48,306 nucleotides of DNA. Origin: Octopus bimaculoides (Eukaryota). The translations under genes were made by a program, and so were the position numbers. The stretch is taken from NCBI RefSeq assembly GCF_001194135.2, contig NC_068998.1:5509060-5557365 (forward strand). Reading direction: 5' to 3'. Shown piece after piece: positions 46,246-48,306 of this stretch (positions within the stretch are counted from its first letter, which is position 1; the number at the start of each line of letters is the position of its first letter). Under the pieces are notes generated by a model. It ran no database searches, was not told the origin of the DNA, and was given only the letters and a program-made list of their open reading frames with translations.

Positions 46246-47420
46246 TTTGGGCTAGTAGATACATATAACTACCTGTTAGCATCTCAGTTCTCGTCAGTAG
46301 ATCTTACTGTGCTTAGGGTTAAGCTCAATAGTTATACGAGTAAAAATTTAACACTAATACTTTTGACCATTAAAATTAACTTTCTACATCTCAAATATGG
46401 AATGCAGGATAAGGTACTGTTTACATGGATTAACAAGATGAATTTTACAAGGATATATATATATATACAAACTCGAAAGAAATACCAAGAGATCAGATAT
46501 ATACAGACATGAAAAATATGGTGTTCATGCACATGCATAGCACGGATAATAGCTATGTAATACAAATATACTCCAACACGCACACACACACACAGACGCG
46601 CACACACACACGCACACAGATGTACACACGCACACACACAGCACATATATATATATATGATAAAAACATACAGAAACACGAACGTTTTTATAAGAACACT
46701 TGGGAAAGAAAACCAACATATGCATTTTTGCGTGTGAGTATGTGTGTGTTCGTGCGCGTGTGAGTATGTGTGTGTTTGTGCGTGTGAGTATGTGTGTGTT
46801 CGTGCTCTTGTGCCTGCGCCCGTGTATGAATGAAGACTACAATAAGAAGTAACAAAAACAGAGGCTCACACCATTAAAAATGTAAACCGACACTATACGC
46901 TCTGAGATACAAGATAACGAAAACATATAACCCAGCAGATATCATATATATATACAGATATACATATATACATATAATATATGCGCGTGTGTATGTGTGT
47001 TTGTGTGTATATAGATGTATATACATGTGCGTGTGTGTGGTGTGTGTGTGTGTGTGTGTTTGTATCCCGTAGGATGTAATGAAGACTTAGAGTAAGATGC
47101 AACAATGACGATGACAATAGGCACGACTGTGTTCAGTGTTTCGAACTCCTGTAATCAATCGCACGATGGAAAAGTCGAGAAGAAAGGGAGAGCGGGAAGA
47201 AGAAGAGAGGAAAAAGAAGGATAAGAATAAGTTGGAGGAGGAGGACAAGAACAAGATGAAGAAAGATGAGAAGGTGGAGAAGGTGGAAGAAGTTGTAGTA
47301 GTGATGGTGGTGGTGGTGGTGGTGGTGGTGCAGGGGGGTGGCTAGTGGTGTTAGTGGAGAATAAAAAGATGAAGAAAAGAAAAGTTGTAAAAGAAAAAAA
47401 ACGAACGAGAAGAAAAGGGA

Positions 47421-47603
47421 GAAGAAGAAGAAGAAGAAGAAGAAGAAGAAGAAGAAGAAGAAGAAGAAGAAGAAGAAGAAGAAGAAGAAGAAGAAGAAGA
47501 AGAAGAACAAGAAGAAGAAGAACAACAACAACAACAACAACAACAACGACGACGACGACGACGGGAAGGAAAAGAAAATGATGATAGTTCAGATGCTGGT
47601 GAC

Positions 47604-47653
<50 letters not shown>

Positions 47654-47710
47654 CGATGATGACGACGACGACGACGACGACGACGATGATGATTATGATG
47701 ATGATGATGA
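47421..47710. repeat. Compound (GAA)n-(AAC)n-(GAC)n-(GAT)n microsatellite
   Basis: An uninterrupted GAA run spans 47421-47506, followed by AAC/GAC and GAT runs. Confidence 0.95.
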
Positions 47711-48306
47711 AGTGTAACCACAACAGCAATAGGGCTTGAAACAACAAAAAATTTAGCCAATATATATAAACTACAAAATGGCCGATTCTCAAATAGAAAT
47801 AAAGAGAAAAGTAAAAAAGTCAAAAAACGTTCTGAAACCAGATCGAGGCTGCGTTGACTTTGATGTTTAAAGATTTCCGATCGGAATGTTTTAGACGTTC
47901 ACTCCAAGTGGTTGTCCAAGTGTGTTTGTGTGTGTGTGTGTGTGTGAGTCTATGTGTGTGTGTTTCAGTGGTGGTAGTGAGGCGGGGAGAGAGAAAGAGA
48001 GAGACAAAGAGAGTCTGTATGTATATCTTCATAACTTCGTACAATGTATATAAGTACATATTTGAATATTCAGACACAAACACACACACTTATACACACA
48101 TGTCTATGGTGTTTAGAGAATGTGCAATATCCTTTTATGCTGACTTAAATATACAAATATGTACATATATATATTTTTTTCTTACACATGCGCATATTGT
48201 ATACACATACGCACACACACATGTACCTATACATGTATATACATACATATACAGGTGTATATATATAAGTATATCTATATCTATAATATATATATATATA
48301 TATATA

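Noticed and set aside
46725-46810. Three ~24-26-bp tandem units
   Set aside because: A derivative of the (TG)n microsatellite with no independent significance.
82-47823. The many long ORFs in the ORF track (poly-S/L, H/T, C/V, I, M, D, X)
   Set aside because: They are translations of microsatellites or run through N gaps; none has a recognisable domain.
47778-47870. 30-aa smORF MADSQIEIKRKVKKSKNVLKPDRGCVDFDV with good start context
   Set aside because: Too short to distinguish from chance; the ATGGC context is equally explained as a YY1-like motif.

Overview
Eukaryotic, non-coding-looking draft-assembly DNA: 21 N gaps cover about 9.2 kb (~19%), and most sit in or beside simple repeats. It is dominated by microsatellites, degenerate triplet mosaics and fragments of dispersed repeats. 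The SINE families and repeat landscape look like Octopus (coleoid cephalopod) intron or intergenic DNA. That assignment is from recalled sequence, not a database search. No intact protein-coding gene, CRISPR array or prokaryotic system is supported, and nearly all ORFs in the track come from simple repeats or N runs. Supported features: about 20 copies or fragments of several tRNA-derived SINE families (one full-length with a 14-bp TSD), a degraded RTE-clade LINE 3' end, a Tigger/pogo-like MITE containing a SINE, a possible hAT MITE, and a full-length degenerate 5S rRNA copy. The best leads are (1) two minimal type I hammerhead-ribozyme-like motifs in a related dispersed element (23379-23416, 14449-14483), plus a hammerhead half-site downstream of a Penelope-like GIY-YIG remnant near 46.0-46.2 kb; (2) a 5S-derived unit with a (CAA)n tail lying back-to-back with a tRNA-SINE head; (3) an 87-nt hairpin with a fully paired 22-bp stem (18475-18561), a pre-miRNA or dsRNA candidate.
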